From positions 1 to 37,287 of the forward strand of contig CAZBNY010000001.1 of assembly GCA_964493235.1 (NCBI GenBank): DNA of 37,287 nucleotides. Direction: 5' to 3'. Under the pieces are notes generated by a model. That model saw only the letters and a list, made by a program, of their open reading frames with translations. It had not been told where the DNA came from and made no database searches. Source of the DNA: an uncultured Lachnospiraceae bacterium (GTDB taxonomy: Bacteria > Bacillota > Clostridia > Lachnospirales > Anaerotignaceae). Position 1 is the stretch's first letter, and each line of letters opens with the position of its first letter. Below, in pieces: positions 8,195 to 18,531 of this stretch. Made by a program: the position numbers and the translations under genes.

Positions 8195-10031
8195 AGCACA
8201 CACCTCCTCCAAAGGCCGCAGCACCGCAGTGAGAACATTCCTCACGGCAGTTGGGCGTAGTTATGGCCTGTTCGGCCTTTAATCTCTCGTTTACCAAGAA
8301 TTGCTTTGAAACCCCGATCGAAATATGGTCCCACGGAAGTATCTCGTCAAAGCTTCTCTTTCTGTTGGCGTAGAAGGCAGGGTCAACACCTGTTTCCTCA
8401 AAGGCCTCCATCCAGTCCTTAAAGCTGAATATCTCCGACCATGAATCGAAACGGCAGCCCTTTTCCCATGCTTTATATATGACCGCGCCCACACGCCTGT
8501 CGCCCCTTGCCATTACTCCCTCAAGTGAGCTGAGCCTGGCGTCGTGATAATTGTATTTTATCTGCTTTCTCGCTATGTGGCTCTTTACGAATTTAGCCTT
8601 CTCGGCAAAGTCCTGATACGTGTCCTGCGCGTCCCACTGAAACGGCGTAAATGGCTTTGGCACAAAGCATGAACTGCTGGCTACAACCGTAACGGGTCTG
8701 GGCTTTTTATCCCTCGGTATCTCATAATACTTGTCCACCACCTTGGCGCTCAGGTCGGCAATTCCCTTTAAGTCCTCCTCAGTCTCGGTAGGCAGTCCTA
8801 TCATAAAGTAGAGCTTTACCCTCTCCCACGCTCCCGAAAAGGCCAGGGCACAGCCCTTCAGAATATCCTCCTCGGTCAGGTTTTTATTGATAACGTTTCT
8901 GAGTCTTTGGGTACCGGCCTCGGCGGCGAAGGTAAGACTGCTCTTTCTTACCTCCTGTATCTTCTCCATCAGGTCAAGAGAAAACGAGTCGATACGCAGC
9001 GACGGAAGCGACAGGTTCACCTTATCCTTTGAAAAGTCGTCCAAAAGTCCGATGGCGAGGTCATGAAAACAGGTATAGTCGCTTGTACTCAGGGAAACGA
9101 GCGAGATCTCGTCATCACCCGAGGCGTCGATAAGCGAATGAGCCTGCTTTATAAGCGTCTGATAGTTCTTTTCCCTTACCGGTCTGTATACAAAGCCGGC
9201 CTGACAGAAGCGGCAGCCCCTTATGCACCCTCTGAAAAGCTCCAGCGTTACCCTGTCATGCACGGTCTCGATGAGAGGCACAAGCATTTTCGGCGGATAA
9301 TACACGCTGTCCATATCGGTTATTATTACCTTCTTTATCGTTTTCGGTGCCTTTGGGTCGTTCGGCGTAAACGACGCTATCTCGCCGTTGTCCTTATACT
9401 CAACGTCATAATATTTCGGCACATACATTCCGGGCACGTCCAAAAGCTTATATAAAAATTCGTCCCTTGTCCCGCCGTTTTTCTTATGCTCCTTATAAAG
9501 CTCCATTATATGGTCATACTCGACCTCGCCCTCGCCGAGATAGAAAAAGTCCACAAAATCAGCCAGCGGCTCCGGATTATAGGCGCAGGAGCCGCCGCAG
9601 AGTATTATCGGATCGTCCTCGCCCCTGTCCTTTGAGTAAATCGGAATATCGGACATATCCAGCATATTCAGGAGATTTGTATAGCACATCTCATACTGGA
9701 GAGTGAACGCCACAAAATCAAACTCCTTAAGCGGAGTAAATGTCTCAAGAGAATATATCGGAATATTATGCTTTCTCATGGCCCCCTCCATATCCGTCCA
9801 CGGAGCGAAGGCCCTCTCGCAGTAGGTATCCTCCCTCCTGTTCAGAAAGAAGTAAAGTATCTGCAGGCCGAGACAGGACATGCCGACCTCATAAACGTCC
9901 GGAAAGCAGAAAGCGAACCTTATATCCACACTTTCGGGGTCCTTCTTTACCATATTCAGTTCATTTCCTATATATCTTGCCGGCTTTTCAACCTGCATAA
10001 GTATTTCATCGGGAACAGTAATTTTACTCAT
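8166..10031 (-). CDS. TIGR03960 family radical SAM protein with B12-binding-like N-terminal domain
   Basis: KPARYIGNELN, FPDVYEVGMS, RGCIRGCRFCQAG (CX3CX2C), FVPKPFTPFQW, C-terminal CREECSHCG cluster. Confidence 0.95.
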   Translation of the reverse strand: MSKITVPDEILMQVEKPARYIGNELNMVKKDPESVDIRFAFCFPDVYEVGMSCLGLQILYFFLNRREDTYCERAFAPWTDMEGAMRKHNIPIYSLETFTPLKEFDFVAFTLQYEMCYTNLLNMLDMSDIPIYSKDRGEDDPIILCGGSCAYNPEPLADFVDFFYLGEGEVEYDHIMELYKEHKKNGGTRDEFLYKLLDVPGMYVPKYYDVEYKDNGEIASFTPNDPKAPKTIKKVIITDMDSVYYPPKMLVPLIETVHDRVTLELFRGCIRGCRFCQAGFVYRPVREKNYQTLIKQAHSLIDASGDDEISLVSLSTSDYTCFHDLAIGLLDDFSKDKVNLSLPSLRIDSFSLDLMEKIQEVRKSSLTFAAEAGTQRLRNVINKNLTEEDILKGCALAFSGAWERVKLYFMIGLPTETEEDLKGIADLSAKVVDKYYEIPRDKKPRPVTVVASSSCFVPKPFTPFQWDAQDTYQDFAEKAKFVKSHIARKQIKYNYHDARLSSLEGVMARGDRRVGAVIYKAWEKGCRFDSWSEIFSFKDWMEAFEETGVDPAFYANRKRSFDEILPWDHISIGVSKQFLVNERLKAEQAITTPNCREECSHCGAAAFGGGVCFESREKNKI

Positions 10032-10272
10032 AAATTCCTCCTGTGCTTTCAGCCGATAAATATTTCATAGGCTAAATATTCGCATAGTGTATCAATATAT
10101 ATAATACTACATATTTTGGACAATTGCACGGATTTTGTGCTTATGGCAATCAACAAAATTTTAGTCGGTCAAAAACCTGTGGCTTTCCATAGCTATTACT
10201 ATCTTGTAATCGTGTGCCGACAGGATTACAATGAAATGAGCCTGATAAAAAATATTTCACGGAGTGATTTTT

Positions 10273-11232
10273 ATGAAAATAGCCATAACAGCAAGGGACT
10301 TTTCCGCCTACGACAGCCGTGCCGTTGAGTTGTTGAGGGCGGCCGGCCATGAAGTTACAGACTTCAGCGTAAACGGCTTCGGAAACGGAACTCGCGAAAA
10401 AGAGATAATTGACGCGGCCCATGATGCTGACATTGTAATTGCCGGTCTGGAGCCCTACAGCGCAAATGTCATAGACCGCTGCAAAAACCTTAAGCTTATA
10501 TCCCGCCGAGGCATAGGCTATGACAATGTTGACCTTGACGCCTGCAAAAGCCACGGCATATCCGTAATAAGGACAGTCGGGGCGGTAGAGGGCGCCGTTG
10601 CGGAACACGTAATGGCATACATACTGTATTTTTCAAGAAGAATAGATATGCAGAACAGCACGATGCAGCTTGGCAAATGGAACAGAGTGATGACCTCCGG
10701 GGCCAAAAACCATACGCTCGGCCTTGCCGGCTTCGGCGGGATAGGCAAGGAGATAGCCAAAAGAGCCGTCCCCTTCGGTATGAACGTGTTATATTACTGC
10801 CGTCACCCCAGGGAAAGCTGGGAAAGCGAATATGGAGTGAAATATATGCCTTTGGATGAGCTTTTGGCCGAAAGCGACTACGTTTCGATAAATATGCCGC
10901 TGACAGGCGCCACAAGGGGAATGTTTGATGAAAATCTGATCGGCAAAATGAAAAAAGGAAGTATATTGATAAACATATCCAGAGCGCAGATAGCCGACGA
11001 AAATATAATCCGCTCCGCAATATTGAGCGGTCATTTAGGCGGAGCGGCGATCGACGTGTTCAAAAACGAGCCATGCACCGACTCGGCCCTTGTCGGCCTT
11101 GACAACGTGATCCTTACGCCGCATACGGCTCCCTATACGATGGAGAATTTTGTGGAAATGAATATCAGATCGGCTGAAAATGTACTTTCATTCCTTGACG
11201 GGACAATAGATGAGAAATACAGGCTCATATAA
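10273..11232 (+). CDS. D-isomer-specific 2-hydroxyacid dehydrogenase (phosphoglycerate dehydrogenase-like, no ACT domain)
   Basis: GIGYDNVD, GFGGIG Rossmann motif, INISR, IDVFKNEP, LTPHTA. Confidence 0.9.
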   Translation: MKIAITARDFSAYDSRAVELLRAAGHEVTDFSVNGFGNGTREKEIIDAAHDADIVIAGLEPYSANVIDRCKNLKLISRRGIGYDNVDLDACKSHGISVIRTVGAVEGAVAEHVMAYILYFSRRIDMQNSTMQLGKWNRVMTSGAKNHTLGLAGFGGIGKEIAKRAVPFGMNVLYYCRHPRESWESEYGVKYMPLDELLAESDYVSINMPLTGATRGMFDENLIGKMKKGSILINISRAQIADENIIRSAILSGHLGGAAIDVFKNEPCTDSALVGLDNVILTPHTAPYTMENFVEMNIRSAENVLSFLDGTIDEKYRLI

Positions 11233-11233
11233 T

Positions 11234-11274
11234 ACAAATACCGCTAAACGACCGGGTTTAGCGGTATTTGTTTT
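11234..11274. terminator. Intrinsic terminator between convergent dehydrogenase and queH
   Basis: 16-bp perfect stem ACAAATACCGCTAAAC/GTTTAGCGGTATTTGT followed by T tract. Confidence 0.85.
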
Positions 11275-11304
11275 ATTTGCAAAAATAACCGCTGAAAAAA
11301 TTTT

Positions 11305-11913
11305 TCAGCGGTCAGGCTTTGAGAAAACACAGCCGCAGTAGTTCTGTCTGAATAAATTATACTCATTGGACAGCTCTATGGAGCGTTTGTAGCCGTTTTT
11401 CTTTTTGAAATCCGACGGCAGCCATTTTACGTCCAGCCTTTCGGCCTGCTCCGCTCCGATACGGTTCAGGTTTTCGGCATTTTTAAGCGGACTTATCGTA
11501 AGAGTTGTGCATACATATTCCGAGCCGGTTTCCTTCGCGGTCTCGGCGGCCTCTCTAAGCCGCAGCTCAAAGCATTTCAGGCATCTTTCCCCGCCCTCGG
11601 GAGCGTCCTCCAAACCCTTTACGCAGTCAAAGAATTCCTTCGGCTCATATCTGCCCTCTATGAATTTGACATCGGCGCAGGCCGGCATTTCGGCAATAAG
11701 CCGCTTTACCTCGTTCACCCGCTTTTCATACTCCTCCCTGGGCGAGATATTAGGATTGAAATAAAACACCGTTATGTCAAAATACCGGCTCAGATATTCC
11801 AGTACATAGCTGCTGCAGGGCGCGCAGCAGCTATGCAGCAGAAGCGTCGGCTTTCTGCCGTTGTTTTCCTCTATTATTTTGTCCAGCTCTTTCTGATAAT
11901 TTATTTTGTTCAT
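11305..11913 (-). CDS. queH: Epoxyqueuosine reductase QueH (DUF208)
   Basis: LLLHSCCAPCS, FNPNI, RCLKCFELRL, TTLTISPLK, RQNYCGCVFS. Confidence 0.95.
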   Translation of the reverse strand: MNKINYQKELDKIIEENNGRKPTLLLHSCCAPCSSYVLEYLSRYFDITVFYFNPNISPREEYEKRVNEVKRLIAEMPACADVKFIEGRYEPKEFFDCVKGLEDAPEGGERCLKCFELRLREAAETAKETGSEYVCTTLTISPLKNAENLNRIGAEQAERLDVKWLPSDFKKKNGYKRSIELSNEYNLFRQNYCGCVFSKPDR

Positions 11914-13154
11914 TATCTGATCTGTCCGTTTCCGTAAATAATATATTTTGTAGTCGTTATTTCCTTCAGTCCCATCGGCCCTCTGGCGTGGAGCTTCTGG
12001 GTGCTTATGCCTATCTCGGCTCCAAAGCCGAATTGTCCGCCGTCGGTAAAGCGTGTAGACGCGTTTACATAGACAGCCGCCGCGTCCACCTCGTCAAGGA
12101 ATTTCTGGGCATTGGAATAATTCTCCGTAACTATGCACTCGGAATGTTTTGTTCCGTATCTTCTTATATGCTCAATGGCCTCGTCTACGTCCTTTACCAC
12201 TCTCGCCGATATGATCAGGTCATTGTACTCGGTCCCCCAGTCCTCGGCAGTCGCGGGAACGGCTCCGGCTTCATCGACAAATTTCCTGTCGCCCCTGATT
12301 TCGACCTTTTTCTCTCTCAGCGCCTTAGTCACCATAGGTATAAATTTATCGGCTATGGCCTCATGCACCAGCAGGCTCTCGCAGGCGTTGCAAACGCCCG
12401 GACGCTGTGTTTTCGCGTTTATCACTATATTGACAGCCATTTCAAGGTCGGCGCTCTCGTCAACATATGTATGGCAGTTGCCCGTTCCTGTCTCAATAAC
12501 CGGTACAGTGCTGTTCTGCACTACCGACCGGATAAGTCCGGCCCCGCCCCTCGGTATAAGTACGTCGATGTAGCCGTTGAGTCTCATCATCTCATTGGCC
12601 GTCTCTCTGCTCGTGTCCTCCACCATCTGTACGCAGTCTCCAGGCAGACCTACCTCCCCAAGGGCGTCCCTGAAAATATTGACTATAGTCGTATTTGAGT
12701 TGAAGGCCTCTTTGCCGCCCCTGAGTATAGCCGCGCTTCCTGCCTTAAGGCAGAGACCAAAGGCGTCGGCCGTTACATTAGGTCTTGCCTCGAAAATAAT
12801 TCCGATAACTCCCATAGGCACTCTTTTCTGGCCGATTATAAGTCCATTGTCAAGGGTCTTCATCCAAAGCACTTCGCCTATAGGGTCGTCCAGCTTGGCC
12901 ACGTTCCTGAGTCCGTCGGCCATTTCCCTTATCCTGTCCTCCGTAAGCGTCAGCCTGTCTATAAAGGCTCCCTTTACGCCGTCGGCAATCGCTTTATCCA
13001 CATCGGCCCTATTGGCCTCAAGCACCTTATCCATGTTTTTCTCCAATGCCTCCGCCGAAGCGATAAGCGCCATGTTTTTCTCGGGTGTTTTAAGCCTGGC
13101 AAGTATGACAGATGCGTCCTTTGCCGCCTGTCCCATCTCAATCAGCCTGCTCAT
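11913..13154 (-). CDS. proA: Gamma-glutamyl phosphate reductase
   Basis: [59 protein letters not shown]. Confidence 0.98.
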   Translation of the reverse strand: MSRLIEMGQAAKDASVILARLKTPEKNMALIASAEALEKNMDKVLEANRADVDKAIADGVKGAFIDRLTLTEDRIREMADGLRNVAKLDDPIGEVLWMKTLDNGLIIGQKRVPMGVIGIIFEARPNVTADAFGLCLKAGSAAILRGGKEAFNSNTTIVNIFRDALGEVGLPGDCVQMVEDTSRETANEMMRLNGYIDVLIPRGGAGLIRSVVQNSTVPVIETGTGNCHTYVDESADLEMAVNIVINAKTQRPGVCNACESLLVHEAIADKFIPMVTKALREKKVEIRGDRKFVDEAGAVPATAEDWGTEYNDLIISARVVKDVDEAIEHIRRYGTKHSECIVTENYSNAQKFLDEVDAAAVYVNASTRFTDGGQFGFGAEIGISTQKLHARGPMGLKEITTTKYIIYGNGQIR

Positions 13155-13716
13155 ACGCTGTCCCTCCTATTTGTCTTTTCTCGGTAATTATCAGTTTTAT
13201 TACTTTGTCGTGATCCTCATACGGTATGCTGTCCTTCACCTGAATGTCAAAGGCGAGAGCAGCAGTGTTCTCTATTCCGAATTTCTCTATATATGTATCG
13301 TAGTAGCCTCCGCCGTAGCCCATTCGTCTGCCCTCTTTGTCAAAGGCCACTCCCGGAACCACAAGCAGAGTGCCCTTATCCGGCTTTATCTCGTCCTTGC
13401 GCTCACAAACCGGCTCATATACACCGAATTTTGATTTCACAAAGCCGTCGAGACTGTTTATTTTCACAAAAAACATTTCCCTGTTTTTCAGCGACACCGG
13501 AACGGCTACCGTCTTTTTGTCGGCCAGCGCCCTGTTTATGATGTCCGTTGTCGGCGCCTCGTTTTTCATGCTGACGTATATGAATATTTTGTCCGCCTTG
13601 GCATATTCCTTTGAATCGATAAGCTTCTCAAATATTATTTTGCCCGCCCTGGCTTTTTCCTCCGCAGGCATGGCCTTTCTTTCCTCAACGCAGGCTTTTC
13701 TGAATTCCTCTTTCAT
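13138..13716 (-). CDS. 5-formyltetrahydrofolate cyclo-ligase
   Basis: [27 protein letters not shown]; ATG 13716 behind GAGGT. Confidence 0.93.
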   Translation of the reverse strand: MKEEFRKACVEERKAMPAEEKARAGKIIFEKLIDSKEYAKADKIFIYVSMKNEAPTTDIINRALADKKTVAVPVSLKNREMFFVKINSLDGFVKSKFGVYEPVCERKDEIKPDKGTLLVVPGVAFDKEGRRMGYGGGYYDTYIEKFGIENTAALAFDIQVKDSIPYEDHDKVIKLIITEKRQIGGTAYEQAD

Positions 13717-13727
13717 ACGCAGACCTC

Positions 13728-14057
13728 TTAAAACATGAAAAATCTTATAAACTGTCCGGCCATCATGCCAAGCGCCGCCCAAAACAGAATATCCATAGCG
13801 AGGAACACGATGCTCAATATAAACAGCACCTTGCCGAAACTTTTATATCCCTGCGCCCTTTTGCCCATATATACGGCTCCTACGATGACCCCTATCACCG
13901 CGCCTATTATATTGAGATACACAGCCATAAGCACCAGCAGTACCTTAGCCGCTGTAGACGGCTCGTATTTAGTATCGATACTTTCCGCGTCCTTCACATA
14001 GTCGTATGTGTCATATCTGCTTTTATCTTCCTCAAAAAATTCTCTGTTATCCTCCAA
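13728..14057 (-). CDS. Small membrane protein (acidic N-terminus, 2-3 TM helices), unknown function
   Basis: GGGGAGTGA SD with TTG start; hydrophobic segments; sits between glnS and 5-FCL on the same strand. Confidence 0.75.
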   Translation of the reverse strand: MEDNREFFEEDKSRYDTYDYVKDAESIDTKYEPSTAAKVLLVLMAVYLNIIGAVIGVIVGAVYMGKRAQGYKSFGKVLFILSIVFLAMDILFWAALGMMAGQFIRFFMF

Positions 14058-14092
14058 ATAAGATCACTCCCCATGAAGTCCTTTTTATAGTC

Positions 14093-14120
14093 TTAAAGGC
14101 GGATCTTTGTCCGCCTTTAA
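14093..14120 (-). terminator. Hairpin after glnS (weak terminator or stabiliser)
   Basis: TTAAAGGCGGA-N6-TCCGCCTTTAA; short U tract only. Confidence 0.55.
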
Positions 14121-14123
14121 ATT

Positions 14124-15818
14124 TTATTTGTTTATTTTGAATGAGCTTTTAAGCGGAACTATTCTGTTGAACACAAGCTTTTCATCGGTTGTGTCCTTGG
14201 TGTCTACGCAGAAATATCCGTTTCTCATAAACTGGAACCTTTCGCCCTTAGCCGCGTTCTTTATTGAAGGCTCGATCTTGCAGTTGCTTCTGACCTCGAT
14301 CGAATCGGGGTTCATTATCATTTCCCCGTTGGGATCGTCGGGGTTATCGAGCATCATATAGTCATAGAGCCTTGCCTCCGCCGTCACGCAGTCGTCGGCG
14401 CATACCCAGTGAAGCGTTCCCTTTACCTTCCTGCCCTCGAAGCCTGAGCCGCTTCTTGTCTCGGGATCGTAGGTGCAGTGTATTTCCGTGATCTCGCCGT
14501 TTTCGTCCTTCACGAAGTCTGTGCAGGTCACGAAATAGGCTCCCTTGAGACGGACCTCCTTGCCGGGAGCAAGACGGAAGAATTTCTTGACAGGCTCCTC
14601 CATGAAGTCCTCTCTCTCAATATATATTTCCCTGCCGAAGGATACAGTCCTCTTGCCAAGTTCGGGATTTTCGGGATTGTTGTCCAGCTCCATGAACTCG
14701 ATCTGTCCTTCGGGATAGTTCGTGATAACGACCTTAACGGGGTCAAGGACAGCCATGACCACCTTGGCCTTGGCCTTAAGATCATCCCTCAGACAGTAGT
14801 CCAAAAGAGCGCCGTCAACACGGCTGTTCGCCTTCGACACGCCTATCCTCTCGCAGAAATCCCTTATGCACTCGGGTGTATATCCCCTTCTTCTCAAACC
14901 GCTTACCGTAGGCATTCTGGGGTCGTCCCAGCCGTCAACAAGGTTATTCTCCACAAGGGCGCGGAGCTTTCTCTTGCTCATTACCGTGTTTGTCAGGTTA
15001 AGTCTGGCGAACTCTATCTGTCTGGGCGGATTTACAGTGTAGCCTGCCTCTCTTACGACCCAGTCATAGAGCGGTCTGTGGTCCTCAAACTCCATTGTGC
15101 ATATGGAATGGGTAATGCCCTCGATAGCGTCCTCAAGAGGGTGAGCGAAGTCGTACATCGGATAGATGCACCATTTGCTGCCCGTCCTGTGGTGGCTGGC
15201 GTGGGCGATCCTGTAAATAACGGGGTCCCTCATATTGATGTTGGGAGACGCCATATCGATCTTCGCCCTCAGCGTCCTGCTGCCGTCAGGGAACTCGCCG
15301 TTTTTCATTCTCTCAAATAAATCAAGGTTTTCCTCGACACTTCTGTTCCTGTAGGGACTTTCCTTACCGGGTGTGCTCAAGGTTCCTCTGTACTCACGTA
15401 TCTCGTCGGCAGTCAGGTCGCAGACAAAGGCCTTGCCGTTTTTAATAAGATTTACCGCTATCTCATAAAATTTATCAAAGTATGACGAGGCGAAAAGCAC
15501 TTCGCCGTTCCAGTCAAAGCCGAGCCATTTTACGTCCCTCTCAATGCTCTCTACGTACTCCACGTCCTCCTTAGAAGGGTTGGTATCGTCAAAACGCAGG
15601 TTGCATTTTCCGCCGTAGAGCTTCGCCAGGCCGAAGTTAAGGCATATGCTCTTAGCGTGTCCTATATGAAGATATCCATTGGGTTCAGGGGGGAAACGTG
15701 TATGGAGCTTATTAAGCTCTCCCTTCAGGTCGTCTTGTATGTAGCTATGTATAAAGTTTCCTGTCCCGCTCAGGTTATTTTCTTTTACGTCAACCGATGT
15801 AATTGTTTCTTCTGCCAT
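14124..15818 (-). CDS. glnS: Glutamine--tRNA ligase
   Basis: [17 protein letters not shown] (HIGH), VMSKRKL (KMSKS equivalent), [18 protein letters not shown]. Confidence 0.98.
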   Translation of the reverse strand: MAEETITSVDVKENNLSGTGNFIHSYIQDDLKGELNKLHTRFPPEPNGYLHIGHAKSICLNFGLAKLYGGKCNLRFDDTNPSKEDVEYVESIERDVKWLGFDWNGEVLFASSYFDKFYEIAVNLIKNGKAFVCDLTADEIREYRGTLSTPGKESPYRNRSVEENLDLFERMKNGEFPDGSRTLRAKIDMASPNINMRDPVIYRIAHASHHRTGSKWCIYPMYDFAHPLEDAIEGITHSICTMEFEDHRPLYDWVVREAGYTVNPPRQIEFARLNLTNTVMSKRKLRALVENNLVDGWDDPRMPTVSGLRRRGYTPECIRDFCERIGVSKANSRVDGALLDYCLRDDLKAKAKVVMAVLDPVKVVITNYPEGQIEFMELDNNPENPELGKRTVSFGREIYIEREDFMEEPVKKFFRLAPGKEVRLKGAYFVTCTDFVKDENGEITEIHCTYDPETRSGSGFEGRKVKGTLHWVCADDCVTAEARLYDYMMLDNPDDPNGEMIMNPDSIEVRSNCKIEPSIKNAAKGERFQFMRNGYFCVDTKDTTDEKLVFNRIVPLKSSFKINK

Positions 15819-15852
15819 TTAATAGCCCCTCCGTATTTGTTTTTATTACTAT

Positions 15853-15881
15853 AATCTACACTATTTTGCTGTCTTTTGCAA
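15853..15881 (-). promoter_or_regulatory. sigmaA-type promoter of glnS
   Basis: TTGCAA-17 nt-TAGATT on minus strand. Confidence 0.55.
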
Positions 15882-15896
15882 TAGCGCAAAACGCTC

Positions 15897-16949
15897 TTAC
15901 CCATTATTATTTCCAAAAGTTTCTGTATTATTCCTCAGCCATTCAACATAATAGGCGTCCGCTATTTTGACCCCGCTGTCATTGAGATGAGCGTCGTCCC
16001 TGAAATTGATAAGCTCCAGCAGACTCTCCTCGGCGTTAACTATGTTGAAGTCCAGATATTTGACTCCCAGCTTTTCGGCGATATTCGCCATCTCGTCATG
16101 CACATGGCCATAGTCGTTGATAAAGTCCATAGAAACATTGGCTATGGGCGCCGTCACGAATACGACCTCCGAGCCATTTTTTTCGCACAGCTCCACGAAC
16201 TGTCTCAGGTACTCGACCTGTGTGTTATCCGCCTCCCACGCGCTTCCGTCAAAGCCCTTGAACTGATTAGTCTCGTCCAGCTCGCTGTCGGGGATCACGG
16301 TATCGCAGTAGGTATAGCCCTTAGCCAGATAATATTCCTCTCCGTTGGTCTCGGCGACCGGCTCATACACGCCAAATCTATCCTGAGCCGCTTTTTCCAG
16401 CTCCGCCGCCTCGTAGGCGAAATAATCCTGCTGGTACCTTATCGGCAGCAGACTGTATTTGACCTTCTCGCTGAGAGGAAATACATTTTTTATATAGTCC
16501 TCCTTGACCTCGTCGCTTACGACCTCAAAAAACGAGTTGGCCTGCTTCATCTCAAAATCGTCGTCCAGCATATCCCAGTAAAGATCCAGAACGACCAGCT
16601 TAGGCGATTGGGTCTTATATACCTCCTTCAGCACATACAGGCTTGTGTCATAGTGCTGAAGCGGAGTCCCAAGCTGCCAGGAAAGCGTACCCAGCGCGCT
16701 GTCAAAATTCTCCGGATCAAAGGTGCAGTAGGAATGCGACGAACCGATAAACACCATATCAACAGTATTTTCCTCCAGGGCGTAGAACCCGTCATAACGG
16801 CTCTTTGTCCAGGCGTTGACGACGTTTTTGGAGGCCGCCTCGGAGTATTTTGTCTCTATTAATTTATACGCCGCCGAAAACAACAGAATAAATATAAGTA
16901 TTTCGGCAACCGGCTTAAAACTGGAAATAAATGAACGCTCCCGCCTCAT
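15897..16949 (-). CDS. Membrane-anchored SGNH-fold O-acyltransferase partner (PatB/AlgJ/DltD-like)
   Basis: N-terminal TM anchor, block I FIGSSH and C-terminal D-D-A-H-L-N (DxxH); overlaps MBOAT stop. Confidence 0.75.
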   Translation of the reverse strand: MRRERSFISSFKPVAEILIFILLFSAAYKLIETKYSEAASKNVVNAWTKSRYDGFYALEENTVDMVFIGSSHSYCTFDPENFDSALGTLSWQLGTPLQHYDTSLYVLKEVYKTQSPKLVVLDLYWDMLDDDFEMKQANSFFEVVSDEVKEDYIKNVFPLSEKVKYSLLPIRYQQDYFAYEAAELEKAAQDRFGVYEPVAETNGEEYYLAKGYTYCDTVIPDSELDETNQFKGFDGSAWEADNTQVEYLRQFVELCEKNGSEVVFVTAPIANVSMDFINDYGHVHDEMANIAEKLGVKYLDFNIVNAEESLLELINFRDDAHLNDSGVKIADAYYVEWLRNNTETFGNNNG

Positions 16950-18372
16950 AGAATACCCCCGCCGACAGTATGAATACCGCCGTAATTATATAGAATACAA
17001 GCCTTACGGCCGTATTTTTTCTCTCGATCACATCATATACGGAATTTTTTCCGCATAATATTTCCGAAACGGCAAGGAACAGTATCGCGAGCGCAAGCAT
17101 CAGCATCTCAAAAAGATTAAGTCCCATGCCCGTCAGCACCTCATATATATACTGCCTGTCCCACCAGCCGGTCACGCTTTCCGCCATATGTCCTATGATA
17201 TATAAGGCGTCCGAGGCCGTATTTGCCCTGAAAAGCACCCAGCCTACGCATACAAGACCAAAGGTCACTATTGTTGAGAGCACTCCGCCGAGGGGATTGT
17301 TATATATATGCAGCTTCTTTTTAATTGAATTTCTTGCCTTCAGCGTTATCTGTCCGATAACCTGATATATTCCGTGGACGCCGCCCCAAAGCACAAAGGT
17401 CCAGTTGGCGCCGTGCCAAAGTCCACTGACAATGAAGGTTATAAGCAGATTGCGGTATTTCTTAGCCTCGCCCTCACGGCTTCCGCCCAGCGGTATATAC
17501 ACATAGTCCATGAACCAGGTCGAAAGCGAAACGTGCCACCTTCTCCAAAATTCCTTAATGCTCTTTGAGAGATACGGATTTTTGAAGTTATCCATCAGGT
17601 CAAAGCCAAGCACCCTGGCGCAGCCCTTGGCTATATCGGAATAGCCGCTGAAATCGCAGTATATCTGAAAGGCGAACAGCACCGTCGCCGCCGTAAGATA
17701 AAGCCCGCTGTAATCCGCCGCCGAATTATATATAGTGTTTACCGCTATGGCAGCCCGGTCGGCTATGACTATTTTTTTGAAAAATCCCCAAAGCATTATC
17801 CTTATTCCGCTGACTATCCTGTTCAGATCAAAGCGGTGCTTTTTATAAAACTGCGGCAAAAGGTTGGCGCTCCTCTCGATAGGGCCGGCCACAAGCTGAG
17901 GAAAAAACATGACAAACAGGGCGTATATGCCGAAATGCCTTTCCGGCTTTATGACCCCTCTGTAAACGTCGATCGTATACGCCGCCGCCTGAAAGGTGTA
18001 AAAGGAAATACCCATCGGCAGTATTATATTCAGCGTTTTTATCGACCACCTGTCCCCGAAAAGCGCAAGCATTGTGTCGTTCATAAATCCGAGATATTTG
18101 AACACAAAAAGCAGGCCAAAGTCAATGACGATCGCCAGTATAAGCATGTGCTTTCTCCGTTTCCCGCTTTTATCAGCGTAGATGCGCAGTGCCGCGAAAT
18201 AGTTTACGAATATCGTAAACAATATGAGCACTATGAGATACGGGTTCCACGCCATATAAAAAATACAGCTCGCCGCCAATAACAACAGCCATCTCGCCTT
18301 ATGCGGCAGCAGAAAATAGAGCGCCGAAACAGCTATGAAAAATATAATAAACGTAAATGAGTTAAAAAGCAT
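16915..18372 (-). CDS. MBOAT family O-acyltransferase (AlgI/PatA-like)
   Basis: MLFNS, LPMGISFYTFQ, FFPQLVAGPIER, DFSGYSDIA, FWRRWHVSLS, GLWHGA (catalytic His), C-terminal FIYFQF. Confidence 0.95.
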   Translation of the reverse strand: MLFNSFTFIIFFIAVSALYFLLPHKARWLLLLAASCIFYMAWNPYLIVLILFTIFVNYFAALRIYADKSGKRRKHMLILAIVIDFGLLFVFKYLGFMNDTMLALFGDRWSIKTLNIILPMGISFYTFQAAAYTIDVYRGVIKPERHFGIYALFVMFFPQLVAGPIERSANLLPQFYKKHRFDLNRIVSGIRIMLWGFFKKIVIADRAAIAVNTIYNSAADYSGLYLTAATVLFAFQIYCDFSGYSDIAKGCARVLGFDLMDNFKNPYLSKSIKEFWRRWHVSLSTWFMDYVYIPLGGSREGEAKKYRNLLITFIVSGLWHGANWTFVLWGGVHGIYQVIGQITLKARNSIKKKLHIYNNPLGGVLSTIVTFGLVCVGWVLFRANTASDALYIIGHMAESVTGWWDRQYIYEVLTGMGLNLFEMLMLALAILFLAVSEILCGKNSVYDVIERKNTAVRLVFYIITAVFILSAGVFYEAGAFIYFQF

Positions 18373-18428
18373 TTCCTATCCCTCTCGCCGTCCGGCCTTA
18401 AGCGGCAGTATGACAGCTTCTTTAGGTA

Positions 18429-18457
18429 ATTATAATTTATAAAATGCGAGAACGCAA
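18429..18457 (-). promoter_or_regulatory. sigmaA-type promoter of MBOAT-SGNH pair
   Basis: TTGCGT-17 nt-TATAAT on minus strand. Confidence 0.6.
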
Positions 18458-18531
18458 CTTGTTGTTGGAAAAGTTATGTGGTATTATTAGTTTTAAGAAA
18501 AATTTAACCTTTAAAATAAATGGAGAATTTT

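Noticed and set aside
11913-13154. proA without adjacent proB
   Set aside because: Split pro genes are common in Clostridia; proB may lie elsewhere
15819-15896. T-box riboswitch ahead of glnS (also checked asnS and aspB leaders)
   Set aside because: Leaders are far too short and no T-box consensus was seen
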